From an uncultured SAR86 cluster bacterium (lineage in GTDB: Bacteria; Pseudomonadota; Gammaproteobacteria; Magnimaribacterales; D2472): a stretch of DNA of 64,000 nt. Every line of letters begins with the position of its first letter. Position 1 is the stretch's first letter. The notes beneath the pieces are model-generated. The model did not search any database and was not told where the DNA came from. It worked only from the letters and a program-made list of their open reading frames with translations. Positions 29,560 through 37,366 of the stretch are shown here, in pieces. The position numbers and the translations under genes are program-made. The stretch is from the NCBI GenBank assembly GCA_902610905.1, contig CACLXS010000001.1, positions 6,079 through 70,078 on the forward strand, written 5' to 3'.

Positions 29560-29991
29560 CTAATTTTCAGGACTCTTTTCTTCAGCGAATTCTTTTTTCT
29601 TTTCCAGACTAACTTTGTCCTTCAGGCTCATAATATATGCAGCTACAGCTAATATAAGAACAGCACTTGCCTCCCCTATAAGCATAAGGGCATCCATCTC
29701 TTTTCCTTGCATAACTATCAATCTGCATAGGGCAGTTATTGCAATAATTATTGGTAAGGTTACAGGTATTCTATTCGTGCTATAAAAAGCCCCTACCATG
29801 CCAATAATTTCTACATAAATAAAAAGCAGAAATAAATCTGATAATAATATTTCTCTTGCTTCGAACATTTGGAACAAATACTGAGCAGCAGCAACACATG
29901 TTGCTATTCCAATAATTGCCAAAAGAACTTTTTCACTAGCAACCGTGGTCCAGTGAAGATTTTTTACAGAGAATGGAAACTTAAATTTCAT
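29560..29991 (-). CDS. PsiE-family (phosphate-starvation-inducible E-like) membrane protein
   Basis: FLLFIYVEIIGMVGAFY....PVTLPIIIAITALCRLIVM parallels the E. coli PsiE core; 143 aa. Confidence 0.6.
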   Translation of the reverse strand: MKFKFPFSVKNLHWTTVASEKVLLAIIGIATCVAAAQYLFQMFEAREILLSDLFLLFIYVEIIGMVGAFYSTNRIPVTLPIIIAITALCRLIVMQGKEMDALMLIGEASAVLILAVAAYIMSLKDKVSLEKKKEFAEEKSPEN

Positions 29992-30019
29992 GGTTTTTAG
30001 AATACTTAAACTTTATCTA

Positions 30020-30406
30020 CTAGTCTAGCTTCTGGTGAATAAAAAACTCTGCTTCAAGGAGAATTGATTTAGGCAATTTAAAGGCTCCTCTTTGAATTTG
30101 CCATGACTTTTCTATATCTTCAACCATTAAATAACCGTACAAATGACCAAAAAAACCCTTACGCTGACTATCGGTGCCGGCTTGTTCATATTTTAAATTA
30201 GATTGAATTTTACTCATTTTAGGCAAAAGCAAAACAACCTCTTCATGATGGGAAAAGTATAATTCTAGACTTGCAGCCAATTGATTAGCGTTTGAAAAAT
30301 GAATAAAGCCATCTTCTTGATCTAGATCTGTGATTATAAATCCTGATTTTTGAGCCTCGCTCCATTCTTCAAGACTCAAAATTTTATAGATATTTTGATA
30401 TTTCAT
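30020..30406 (-). CDS. DUF952 domain protein
   Basis: IYKILSLEEWSEAQKSG....DGFIHFS pattern typical of DUF952; 128 aa. Confidence 0.65.
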   Translation of the reverse strand: MKYQNIYKILSLEEWSEAQKSGFIITDLDQEDGFIHFSNANQLAASLELYFSHHEEVVLLLPKMSKIQSNLKYEQAGTDSQRKGFFGHLYGYLMVEDIEKSWQIQRGAFKLPKSILLEAEFFIHQKLD

Positions 30407-30483
30407 TTCTTATCATTGTATACATAAAAATGAGCGTGTTAAAAAATACCGAAATATGCCAAAATCAAAAGAAAAAACTTATT

Positions 30484-31164
30484 ATGAATTTTAAAGAATT
30501 TGCTGAATCAAGAAAAAGTGTTAGAGGCTTCTTAGATAAGCCTGTCTCAAGAGAGTTAATAGATGAAATTATTGATGCTGCCAAATGGGCTCCAACTTCA
30601 TATAACACTCAAACATGGCATATACATGCAGTTACTGGTGATGTATTAAATAAAATAAGAAAGGGTAACATTGAAGAAACGATGGCTGGCAAGCCTCACG
30701 TTAGAGACTTTCCCTATAAAGAAGAATATGAGGGTGTTCATAGAAAAAATCAAATCGATGTTGCTATTCAACTTTTCGAGGCCATGGAAATTGAAAGAGA
30801 TGATAAAGAAAAACGTATGGATTGGATGTTGAGAGGTTTTAGACAATTTGATGCTCCTGTTTCACTAGTGCTTACGTATGATAAATATTTAGAACCAGCA
30901 GCAATTAGTCAATTTGGTCTGGGGTCATTAGCTTATGGAATTGTCTTAGCTGCATGGGACAGAGGAATAGGTTGTGTTATTAACGGGCAAGGAATTATGC
31001 AATCTCATGTTGTCCGAGAACATGCTCAAATACCTGATGATCAAAATATAATGATTTGTATAGCTATGGGCTATCCTGATGATGATTTTCCAGCAAATCA
31101 TGTTCGCTCAATGAGGGCTGATAATAGAGACTTTGTAAAATATATTGGTTTTGAAGACAGCTAA
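30484..31164 (+). CDS. Nitroreductase family protein
   Basis: RKSVRGF... AAKWAPTSYNTQTWH nitroreductase N-terminal motifs. The homologous start is ATG 30484; the ORF is open from 30430. Confidence 0.8.
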   Translation: MNFKEFAESRKSVRGFLDKPVSRELIDEIIDAAKWAPTSYNTQTWHIHAVTGDVLNKIRKGNIEETMAGKPHVRDFPYKEEYEGVHRKNQIDVAIQLFEAMEIERDDKEKRMDWMLRGFRQFDAPVSLVLTYDKYLEPAAISQFGLGSLAYGIVLAAWDRGIGCVINGQGIMQSHVVREHAQIPDDQNIMICIAMGYPDDDFPANHVRSMRADNRDFVKYIGFEDS

Positions 31165-31182
31165 ATTTTTTCTTTTGGAATC

Positions 31183-32028
31183 TTAAAATCGCTCCTTTTT
31201 TCTTGTGTTGGGCGGACCAAAAAATAAATATAAAGAGTGTGATAGGCTTTTTGATTGTTTAATATCATCTAAAATTTCTTTCCACCCCATAAATGTTATT
31301 TTTACAGGGTTATATGTATTAACATTTTTTACTAGGCCAAATCTTACTGATTCTTTTTCAGACTCAAAAGTTCCAAACATTCTGTCCCAAATTATTAAAA
31401 GATTCCCATAATTTTTATCTATATATTGTTCATTAGCTCCATGATGAACTCTATGATGTGAGGGGGTGTTAAAGATCCATTCCAAAGGTCCAAGTTTATT
31501 AATAATTTGAGTGTGTCCAACAATGCCCCATAGTGTGCTTATAACACCTGCGATTGCAATAATTGTTGGGTCTAAACCAATCAAAGGTAAAATAATAAAA
31601 AAAGGTATTTTTGAAATAGGCCCAAACCATGCCTGCCTAAAAGAGACTGCAAAGTTCATCTCTTCGCTTGAGTGATGACTCATATGAATTGCCCAAAGAA
31701 ATCTAACCCTGTGCGACATTCGATGATAAATATAAAAAACAAAATCTATTAAGACAAAGGTCAAAATCCAGTTTATCCACAGAGGAATCTCTTGAAATAT
31801 GTCGAAAAGCTTATATTGGAAAACATAGAAATGAAGCGCTAATGTTATGCCTTTGAAAGCATAAACCATTGTAATGTTGCCAATTAGTAGACCAACGGTA
31901 CATAAAGTATCGCCCTTGGTGTAATAATATTTTTTGTTCCAGTTAGAAGCTATAACTTCAACCAGTATCATTAAAAGAACTATAGGAACTCCTACTGCAT
32001 ATACTTGGTTATAAGTTATATCTGTCAT
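31183..32028 (-). CDS. Fatty acid hydroxylase / sterol desaturase superfamily membrane oxygenase (second copy)
   Basis: His boxes HRMSH, HMSHH and HHRVHH. The start overlaps the upstream VOC gene by 4 nt. Confidence 0.85.
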   Translation of the reverse strand: MTDITYNQVYAVGVPIVLLMILVEVIASNWNKKYYYTKGDTLCTVGLLIGNITMVYAFKGITLALHFYVFQYKLFDIFQEIPLWINWILTFVLIDFVFYIYHRMSHRVRFLWAIHMSHHSSEEMNFAVSFRQAWFGPISKIPFFIILPLIGLDPTIIAIAGVISTLWGIVGHTQIINKLGPLEWIFNTPSHHRVHHGANEQYIDKNYGNLLIIWDRMFGTFESEKESVRFGLVKNVNTYNPVKITFMGWKEILDDIKQSKSLSHSLYLFFGPPNTRKKERF

Positions 32029-32864
32029 GTATGCTGTATTAATAAGGTGGGTACATTGTGTGTGTGGGATTTTAATGTTGCAACCATTGTATTTTCTTTA
32101 ATGCCTTTTTTAATAGGTGTAATTTCTACGCCGGCTTTTTCAAGTCTAGAATGAGCTTCTTTAATGTTATCAACCTCCCATGAAAGTCCCCATAATGAAT
32201 CTTTTGGTTCTTCATCATTTTTCTTCTCTAAAACTTCAATTGTTGTCTTATTGAATCGAAAAAATAGCATTCTGCTCTTCCATTCATCAACAAATTTATC
32301 TAAAGCAAGTCTTATATTAAAAAAATCTCTATAGACTTCAATAAATCCATCTGCATCGTTTGTAGTTATAACAACATGATCTAAATTATTTACCATTGAG
32401 GACTCAAATTTATTTGTAATTGGTAGGTTTCCTTCTGTATGTTCAATTAAAAAAGAAAATATACCTCTTGTGAGCTCTGGTGGCAAAAACAGATTCTTCC
32501 ACTTCCTAATTTTATTATTTTTTAAATTTGCGCCCTCTCCAAAAGAAATATCGCCTAAAGGAAAGCCTTTTTTAGAAAGTTTTTCGTAGGTTTCTTTTAA
32601 ATTATCTGTTCCAAAAACTATTCCTATGAGACCTTCTCCAGTTTCTTGCAAGGCATGGTTGACTAGGGCAGCACCCAAACCCTCACCCTTTGCAGCTAAA
32701 AGTTCAAAATAGGTATTATTAAAATTAAACAAAGAATTTTCAGTACCATATTCTGTATGTTCCCCTCTCCATACAGGATCTATTCCAAAGACTTTGGAAT
32801 AGTTTTTTTCAGCTTCATTAATGTCAGAAACAGCGACTATCAAATGATCCAGAGTTTTTATCAT
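32025..32864 (-). CDS. Two-domain VOC family protein (glyoxalase/dioxygenase fold)
   Basis: LDHLIVAVSDINEAEKNY and a second LDHVVITTND module; 279 aa. Confidence 0.7.
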   Translation of the reverse strand: MIKTLDHLIVAVSDINEAEKNYSKVFGIDPVWRGEHTEYGTENSLFNFNNTYFELLAAKGEGLGAALVNHALQETGEGLIGIVFGTDNLKETYEKLSKKGFPLGDISFGEGANLKNNKIRKWKNLFLPPELTRGIFSFLIEHTEGNLPITNKFESSMVNNLDHVVITTNDADGFIEVYRDFFNIRLALDKFVDEWKSRMLFFRFNKTTIEVLEKKNDEEPKDSLWGLSWEVDNIKEAHSRLEKAGVEITPIKKGIKENTMVATLKSHTHNVPTLLIQHT

Positions 32865-32907
32865 AATTTATGATATTCCTAAAAACCTTTGTTTGAAAGC
32901 TCCGCAT

Positions 32908-33060
32908 TTAAAGCTGCAATATTTTTTTAAGCGTCATTAGTGATGATGAGGCCAGAATAACTAATAAAAGTATAGCAAGCCGCTTTTCATCAACCAGTAC
33001 ACTCACAATTATTGCGGCCGCCCACATAATTGATTGAGAAATGATTAATTTATTATTCAT
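32908..33060 (-). CDS. Hypothetical 50-aa two-TM peptide (below the ORF-track cutoff)
   Basis: Hand-translated as MNNKLIISQSIMWAAAIIVSVLVDEKRLAILLLVILASSSLMTLKKILQL. Its ATG overlaps the stop of the upstream methyltransferase (tATGAATAA). Confidence 0.35.
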   Translation of the reverse strand: MNNKLIISQSIMWAAAIIVSVLVDEKRLAILLLVILASSSLMTLKKILQL

Positions 33061-33781
33061 AATTTTTTCCTTTAAATTTTCTTTTATATAACCTTTCTAA
33101 ATTTCTAATCTTTAACCTCCAATATCTTTTTTGGCTTATTTTACTTTTTTCAATTTCACTAATTTTTTTTAAATTTTCAGAAATTTTAAAGTCAACTTCA
33201 CTATCATCTTTTATGGCAAACCAACTAGGATATTTACAAAAACCTGATGACTCAGTTCTATCGGTGATAAACAGCTTAAGATTGCTTTGCTTTATAAAAT
33301 CATTCACAGCCCACTTAACTAAAGGCCAGTCGTCATGATAATCATCCCCAGCGATTATTCCTCCAACTTTACATTTCTTATACCATTGTAAAATGGTTTC
33401 TCCACCTTCTTCACCAGTATGAGCGTATCCATCTATGTATATAAAATCAAAATGATTGTCTTCAAACAAATCATACGCATCATCAAAAGTCATTCTTAAC
33501 AAATGATAGTTTTCATGAATACCGACGTTGCTTAATGCGTATTTATATTCGTTAACATCATGGATATCGTTATAAACGTCTACACCATAAAATTTACTAA
33601 ACTTCTTTGTCTGTATCATTTTTTTAGAGAAATCGCCTCTTGCAACTCCTAGTTCAATCCCAATATTGTTTGTGCCGATCAAATCATTTACAACGTCATA
33701 TCTAACTGATCCAGTTATTTTTTCCGGAACTATTTTTGGAGAATTTTTTTCTGCGATTAATTTAATATCTTTTTTGTGCAT
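33053..33781 (-). CDS. Class I SAM-dependent methyltransferase (Methyltransf_24-like)
   Basis: GIELGVARGDFS motif I, FDFIYIDG, GGIIAGDDY. Confidence 0.7.
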   Translation of the reverse strand: MHKKDIKLIAEKNSPKIVPEKITGSVRYDVVNDLIGTNNIGIELGVARGDFSKKMIQTKKFSKFYGVDVYNDIHDVNEYKYALSNVGIHENYHLLRMTFDDAYDLFEDNHFDFIYIDGYAHTGEEGGETILQWYKKCKVGGIIAGDDYHDDWPLVKWAVNDFIKQSNLKLFITDRTESSGFCKYPSWFAIKDDSEVDFKISENLKKISEIEKSKISQKRYWRLKIRNLERLYKRKFKGKNYE

Positions 33782-33792
33782 AATTTTCTACT

Positions 33793-34080
33793 TTAGCTTA
33801 TCAGCTTAGGTATTATTCCTAGTTGAGCAAGAATGCCAAAAATAATTAGCAATATAATACTAGAGATTATTTTAAGATTCTTCTTTAGTATCCATTCAAA
33901 TAATTTATCTATTAATTTTCTTATCAATTTATCTGCTTTATCTATCCATATAACAGCTTTTCTTGTCCATGCGTCAGTCATATCGACTAACATGAGAAAG
34001 ATTACTGCGATAACAACCCACACAAAACCATTAAGAAGCATGTCTATAATCCAGCCTGCTGCTATCCAGTTTATTTCCAT
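33793..34080 (-). CDS. Hypothetical small membrane protein (95 aa)
   Basis: ORF with two or three hydrophobic segments. Confidence 0.4.
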   Translation of the reverse strand: MEINWIAAGWIIDMLLNGFVWVVIAVIFLMLVDMTDAWTRKAVIWIDKADKLIRKLIDKLFEWILKKNLKIISSIILLIIFGILAQLGIIPKLIS

Positions 34081-34144
34081 AATTGGATTATGACATAAGT
34101 TAAATTTGAGTTAGTAAATTCTATTCAACAGTAACAGAGTAGAA

Positions 34145-34324
34145 TTAACCCGACCCTTTTTCATTTTTATCATTTGGTTTTCGCCAACCCAGCGCTGCTC
34201 CAATTGCAACACCTACCGCTATCCAAACTGGTTCATTGGTTGTTGCAAAAACTGCTGCGCCTACCGCTGTACCAACACCAATCCAGTTTCCACCGTTTTT
34301 AGAATTCTTTAATCTGTTATTCAT
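34145..34324 (-). CDS. Hypothetical 59-aa glycine-zipper membrane peptide (below the ORF-track cutoff)
   Basis: Hand-translated as MNNRLKNSKNGGNWIGVGTAVGAAVFATTNEPVWIAVGVAIGAALGWRKPNDKNEKGSG. Contains GxxxG/A repeats and is locally GC-rich. Confidence 0.4.
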   Translation of the reverse strand: MNNRLKNSKNGGNWIGVGTAVGAAVFATTNEPVWIAVGVAIGAALGWRKPNDKNEKGSG

Positions 34325-34341
34325 ATTAAATAAACGCCTTT

Positions 34342-34355
34342 ATCTACTCCGCCGT
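34342..34355 (-). repeat. Degenerate third copy of the glmS 3' end (13/14 nt identical to copy A)
   Basis: ATCTACTCCGCCGT compared with ATCTACTCCACCGT at 35077-35090. On the minus strand it reads ACG GCG GAG TAG, versus glmS ACG GTG GAA TAG. Lies 16 nt after the CPBP stop. Confidence 0.4.
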
Positions 34356-34370
34356 AGCCTAATAAATTTA

Positions 34371-35045
34371 TCATGTTTTTCTGGTGTAGTAGGAAACTGT
34401 TCCAGAATATACATCCATAAATATGTGAGCAATTATAGCCACTACTATACTTTCAAAATATAAATATATTCCACACAGCAAAACGCCTACTAGGGTAGTT
34501 TTAATTACATGTTTCCAACCTAGATAAAGGTGCCAAAGGCCAAAAACAAAACTACTAAAAATAACTGCTATCACCCAATCAGACTGAATTTCTATATAGC
34601 TATAAAGAAACCAGCGAAAAATTAACTCTTCGCATATTCCAGCCGAAACGGATACAAGTAATGTGAATAATAAATATTCTTTATAAGACTGGGGCAATAT
34701 ATCAATTAGCGAATTATCTTTTTCTAAAGTATTTAAAACACTAAGCCTAATATTTTCATTTTTTTTGATAGAGAAAATCACGTATTTGGTATACGCAAAA
34801 CATGCAATAAATATAGATACTGATAAGTAAGTTTTCCAATCAGTTGCTGGCAAAATGGGGGGAGGCTTAACAGTTAATGCGCCTTGAAAAAAACAAAATA
34901 GTAAAAAACCTGTCACAGCCCACAACATTAAAGATGTTTTTATATATTCTGAACTTTTAGTTTTGAATTTATATTTTTCCAAGACTAAATCAGCTACTGG
35001 AAAGAGTAACAATAAAGATAGTAATAAGTACTCCAAAAATTCCAT
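34371..35045 (-). CDS. CPBP family intramembrane glutamic endopeptidase (CAAX protease / Abi-type)
   Basis: ICEELIFRWFLY (EExxxR), FGLWHL and IAHIFMD motifs. Confidence 0.8.
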   Translation of the reverse strand: MEFLEYLLLSLLLLFPVADLVLEKYKFKTKSSEYIKTSLMLWAVTGFLLFCFFQGALTVKPPPILPATDWKTYLSVSIFIACFAYTKYVIFSIKKNENIRLSVLNTLEKDNSLIDILPQSYKEYLLFTLLVSVSAGICEELIFRWFLYSYIEIQSDWVIAVIFSSFVFGLWHLYLGWKHVIKTTLVGVLLCGIYLYFESIVVAIIAHIFMDVYSGTVSYYTRKT

Positions 35046-35077
35046 AAGCTAATTACTCAATTGGAAATGATATCAAA

Positions 35078-35099
35078 TCTACTCCACCGTGACTGACTT
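35078..35099 (-). repeat. Direct repeat copy A: displaced copy of the last 22 nt of glmS, including a stop codon
   Basis: TCTACTCCACCGTGACTGACTT is 21/22 identical to 35537-35558. The minus strand reads AAG TCA GTC ACG GTG GAG TAG (KSVTVE*). Confidence 0.8.
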
Positions 35100-35104
35100 G
35101 AACA

Positions 35105-35116
35105 AAACAGTGATTT
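35105..35116. repeat. Inverted repeat, left arm (AAACAGTGATTT)
   Basis: Exact reverse complement of 35522-35533. Lies 5 nt inside direct repeat copy A. Confidence 0.7.
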
Positions 35117-35131
35117 GATTTCTCTTTCATT

Positions 35132-35506
35132 TCAATCTATTGAAATACCAATTTTTTGTCTTGCTAGTGTGTTATTTTCTTCAGAATCGTTTAAAGACCA
35201 TGACTCATTAAGCATTCTGGTTGAATACTGCTTGTTGTATAAGAAAGGCATTATTAATTGGAATAAACCAAAAGTGACTAAAGAGAAAATCAAATGAAGC
35301 ACGCCAATTAATATTTCACCTCTAAAAATAGGCACAAAAAAACCAAAGAAGAAATAAGTCCATGAATATCCAACAAAACAGTTTTTAAGTATGCCAGATT
35401 CATTGTGTTTTACTTTTATTTTCTTCTGCCATCCCATAACCATGCTGCCAATTATTAATGGTGAAAAAATTATTACTAAAATTATTAATAATATTAATAT
35501 TTCCAT
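35132..35506 (-). CDS. Small membrane protein (124 aa; DUF2628-like core suspected)
   Basis: AGGAG RBS (minus-strand AAAAGGAGAAAATAATG). GYSWTYFFFGFFVPIFRGE...NKQY pattern; 3 TM segments. Confidence 0.6.
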   Translation of the reverse strand: MEILILLIILVIIFSPLIIGSMVMGWQKKIKVKHNESGILKNCFVGYSWTYFFFGFFVPIFRGEILIGVLHLIFSLVTFGLFQLIMPFLYNKQYSTRMLNESWSLNDSEENNTLARQKIGISID

Positions 35507-35521
35507 TATTTTCTCCTTTTT

Positions 35522-35533
35522 AAATCACTGTTT
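35522..35533. repeat. Inverted repeat, right arm (AAATCACTGTTT)
   Basis: Exact reverse complement of 35105-35116. Lies 3 nt inside direct repeat copy B. Confidence 0.7.
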
Positions 35534-35536
35534 CCT

Positions 35537-35558
35537 TCTATTCCACCGTGACTGACTT
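35537..35558 (-). repeat. Direct repeat copy B: the functional glmS 3' end (KSVTVE*)
   Basis: TCTATTCCACCGTGACTGACTT; see copy A. Confidence 0.8.
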
Positions 35559-37364
35559 AGCTAGATTTCTTGGTTGATCTATATCTGTTCCTCTTAAAAG
35601 GGCAACTTCGTATGAAAGAATTTGAAGTGGGATGTTATAAACAATTGGCGTCATAAAGAAATCACATTCAGGCATATGGACTAGTTTTCCAGATTTAACA
35701 TCTATATTTACTGAAGGATCGGCACAAACATAAAGAGTTCCACCTCTTGCTTTCACCTCTTCAAGGTTAGAAATTAATTTCTCTGCTATTTCACTTTCTG
35801 GTGCTAATGCTATAACTGGCATGTTTTCATCTATTAATGCAAGCGGGCCGTGTTTTAGCTCACCAGCAGGGTAAGCTTCAGCATGAATGTATGAAATCTC
35901 TTTGAGTTTTAGTGCGCCCTCTTTGGCAATAGGATAAAAAATACCTCTACCCAAAAATAAAGCATTATTTTTATTGGCAATATTTGGGGCTATCTCAATC
36001 ATTTGATCTTTAGAATTTAAGGCTTCTGCTATAGTCTCAGGCAACAGTCTTAATGCCTGAACAATTCTACCCCTAAGTTTTGGGTTTAGCCCTCTGCTTT
36101 TTGCAAGTGATAATGCAAGTAACATCAATCCTGCCAATTGAGTCGTAAAAGCTTTAGTTGAGGCAACACCTATTTCAGGGCCCGCATTAGTAAATAGTGA
36201 AAAATCCGACTCTCTGGCTAAAGAACTTGTTGGTACGTTGCAAATAGTGAGTGTAGAAAGATACTCTTTTTCTTTTGCATAGTTTAATGCAGCCAGCGTA
36301 TCAGCTGTTTCACCTGATTGAGAGATTGTAATTAATAACGAATTTTCATCTACATGTGGATTTCTGTATCTATACTCACTAGCGTAATCAATCTGGCATG
36401 GGAGTTCTGCTATTGATGAAAACCAATTGGCAGCAACTCTTCCTGCATGCAGGCTTGTTCCACATGCAACTATTTGAATACGTTTTACTCTAGAGAATAA
36501 GTCGGTGGAACCTAGACCAAAAATATTATCTAGAACATCTTCACCACCGATTCTTCCGTCTATTGTTTTTGAAACAGCTTCAGGTTGTTCGTATATTTCT
36601 TTCTCCATATAATGTCTGTAGTCACCTTTTGAAGTTGCTTGAGCTGATATATCTATACAAGTGATTTCTCTTTTAGCTTCAATTTTAGATTCATCAAAAA
36701 TTTTATAGCTATTAGCAGAGATCTCTGCCACATCACCGTCTTCTAAAAATATAAAATCATTGGTGTGTTGAGCTATAGCAAGCGGATCTGAAGCTGCAAA
36801 CATTTCATCGGTTCCTATTCCTATTAATAGAGGTGACTTATTTCTTGCTATAACCAAATTAGTACTATCTTTTATATCAATAGCTGCGATTGCATATGCT
36901 CCTTCAAGTTTTTCTTTTGCTGAATACATTGCATCAATCATTGACTGACCTTGGTTGATATATAGATCAAGCAAATGAGCGATTAGCTCTGAATCTGTTT
37001 GAGATATAAATTCATAACCATCATTCTTAAGATCTTCTCTAAGCTCAACATAATTTTCAATAATGCCATTATGAACGATATAAACTGAATCTTTGGATTT
37101 ATGAGGATGGGCATTAATTTCTGATGGCTCTCCATGTGTTGCCCATCTTGTATGAGCAATACCTAATTTACTTTTTGGTTTTTCAGCAATCATTTTTTCT
37201 TCAAGGAGTTGAACTTTTCCAAGAGTTCTAAGATGAGCTATACCATCATCTTGATGAAGAGCAATGCCTGCTGAGTCATATCCTCTATATTCCATTTTGT
37301 GTAGTCCCTGGACTAAAAGCTTGCCAACATTTCTATTTGAGGCAGCAGCTATAATTCCACACAT
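35538..37364 (-). CDS. glmS: Glutamine--fructose-6-phosphate aminotransferase
   Basis: MCGI N-terminal nucleophile, two SIS domains, C-terminal KSVTVE; 608 aa. Confidence 0.97.
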   Translation of the reverse strand: MCGIIAAASNRNVGKLLVQGLHKMEYRGYDSAGIALHQDDGIAHLRTLGKVQLLEEKMIAEKPKSKLGIAHTRWATHGEPSEINAHPHKSKDSVYIVHNGIIENYVELREDLKNDGYEFISQTDSELIAHLLDLYINQGQSMIDAMYSAKEKLEGAYAIAAIDIKDSTNLVIARNKSPLLIGIGTDEMFAASDPLAIAQHTNDFIFLEDGDVAEISANSYKIFDESKIEAKREITCIDISAQATSKGDYRHYMEKEIYEQPEAVSKTIDGRIGGEDVLDNIFGLGSTDLFSRVKRIQIVACGTSLHAGRVAANWFSSIAELPCQIDYASEYRYRNPHVDENSLLITISQSGETADTLAALNYAKEKEYLSTLTICNVPTSSLARESDFSLFTNAGPEIGVASTKAFTTQLAGLMLLALSLAKSRGLNPKLRGRIVQALRLLPETIAEALNSKDQMIEIAPNIANKNNALFLGRGIFYPIAKEGALKLKEISYIHAEAYPAGELKHGPLALIDENMPVIALAPESEIAEKLISNLEEVKARGGTLYVCADPSVNIDVKSGKLVHMPECDFFMTPIVYNIPLQILSYEVALLRGTDIDQPRNLAKSVTVE

Positions 37365-37366
37365 GA

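Noticed and set aside
34081-34144. TCTACTC 7-8-mer in the spacer after the 59-aa ORF, considered as a fourth glmS-end scar.
   Set aside because: It is in the wrong orientation relative to copies A-C and too short to distinguish from chance.
34236-34463. 75-aa +-strand ORF in the track (MVVAKTAAPTAVPT...).
   Set aside because: It is antisense to the better-supported 59-aa Gly-zipper ORF and to the CPBP 3' end. The Ala/Pro/Thr run simply mirrors the Gly/Ala codons on the other strand.
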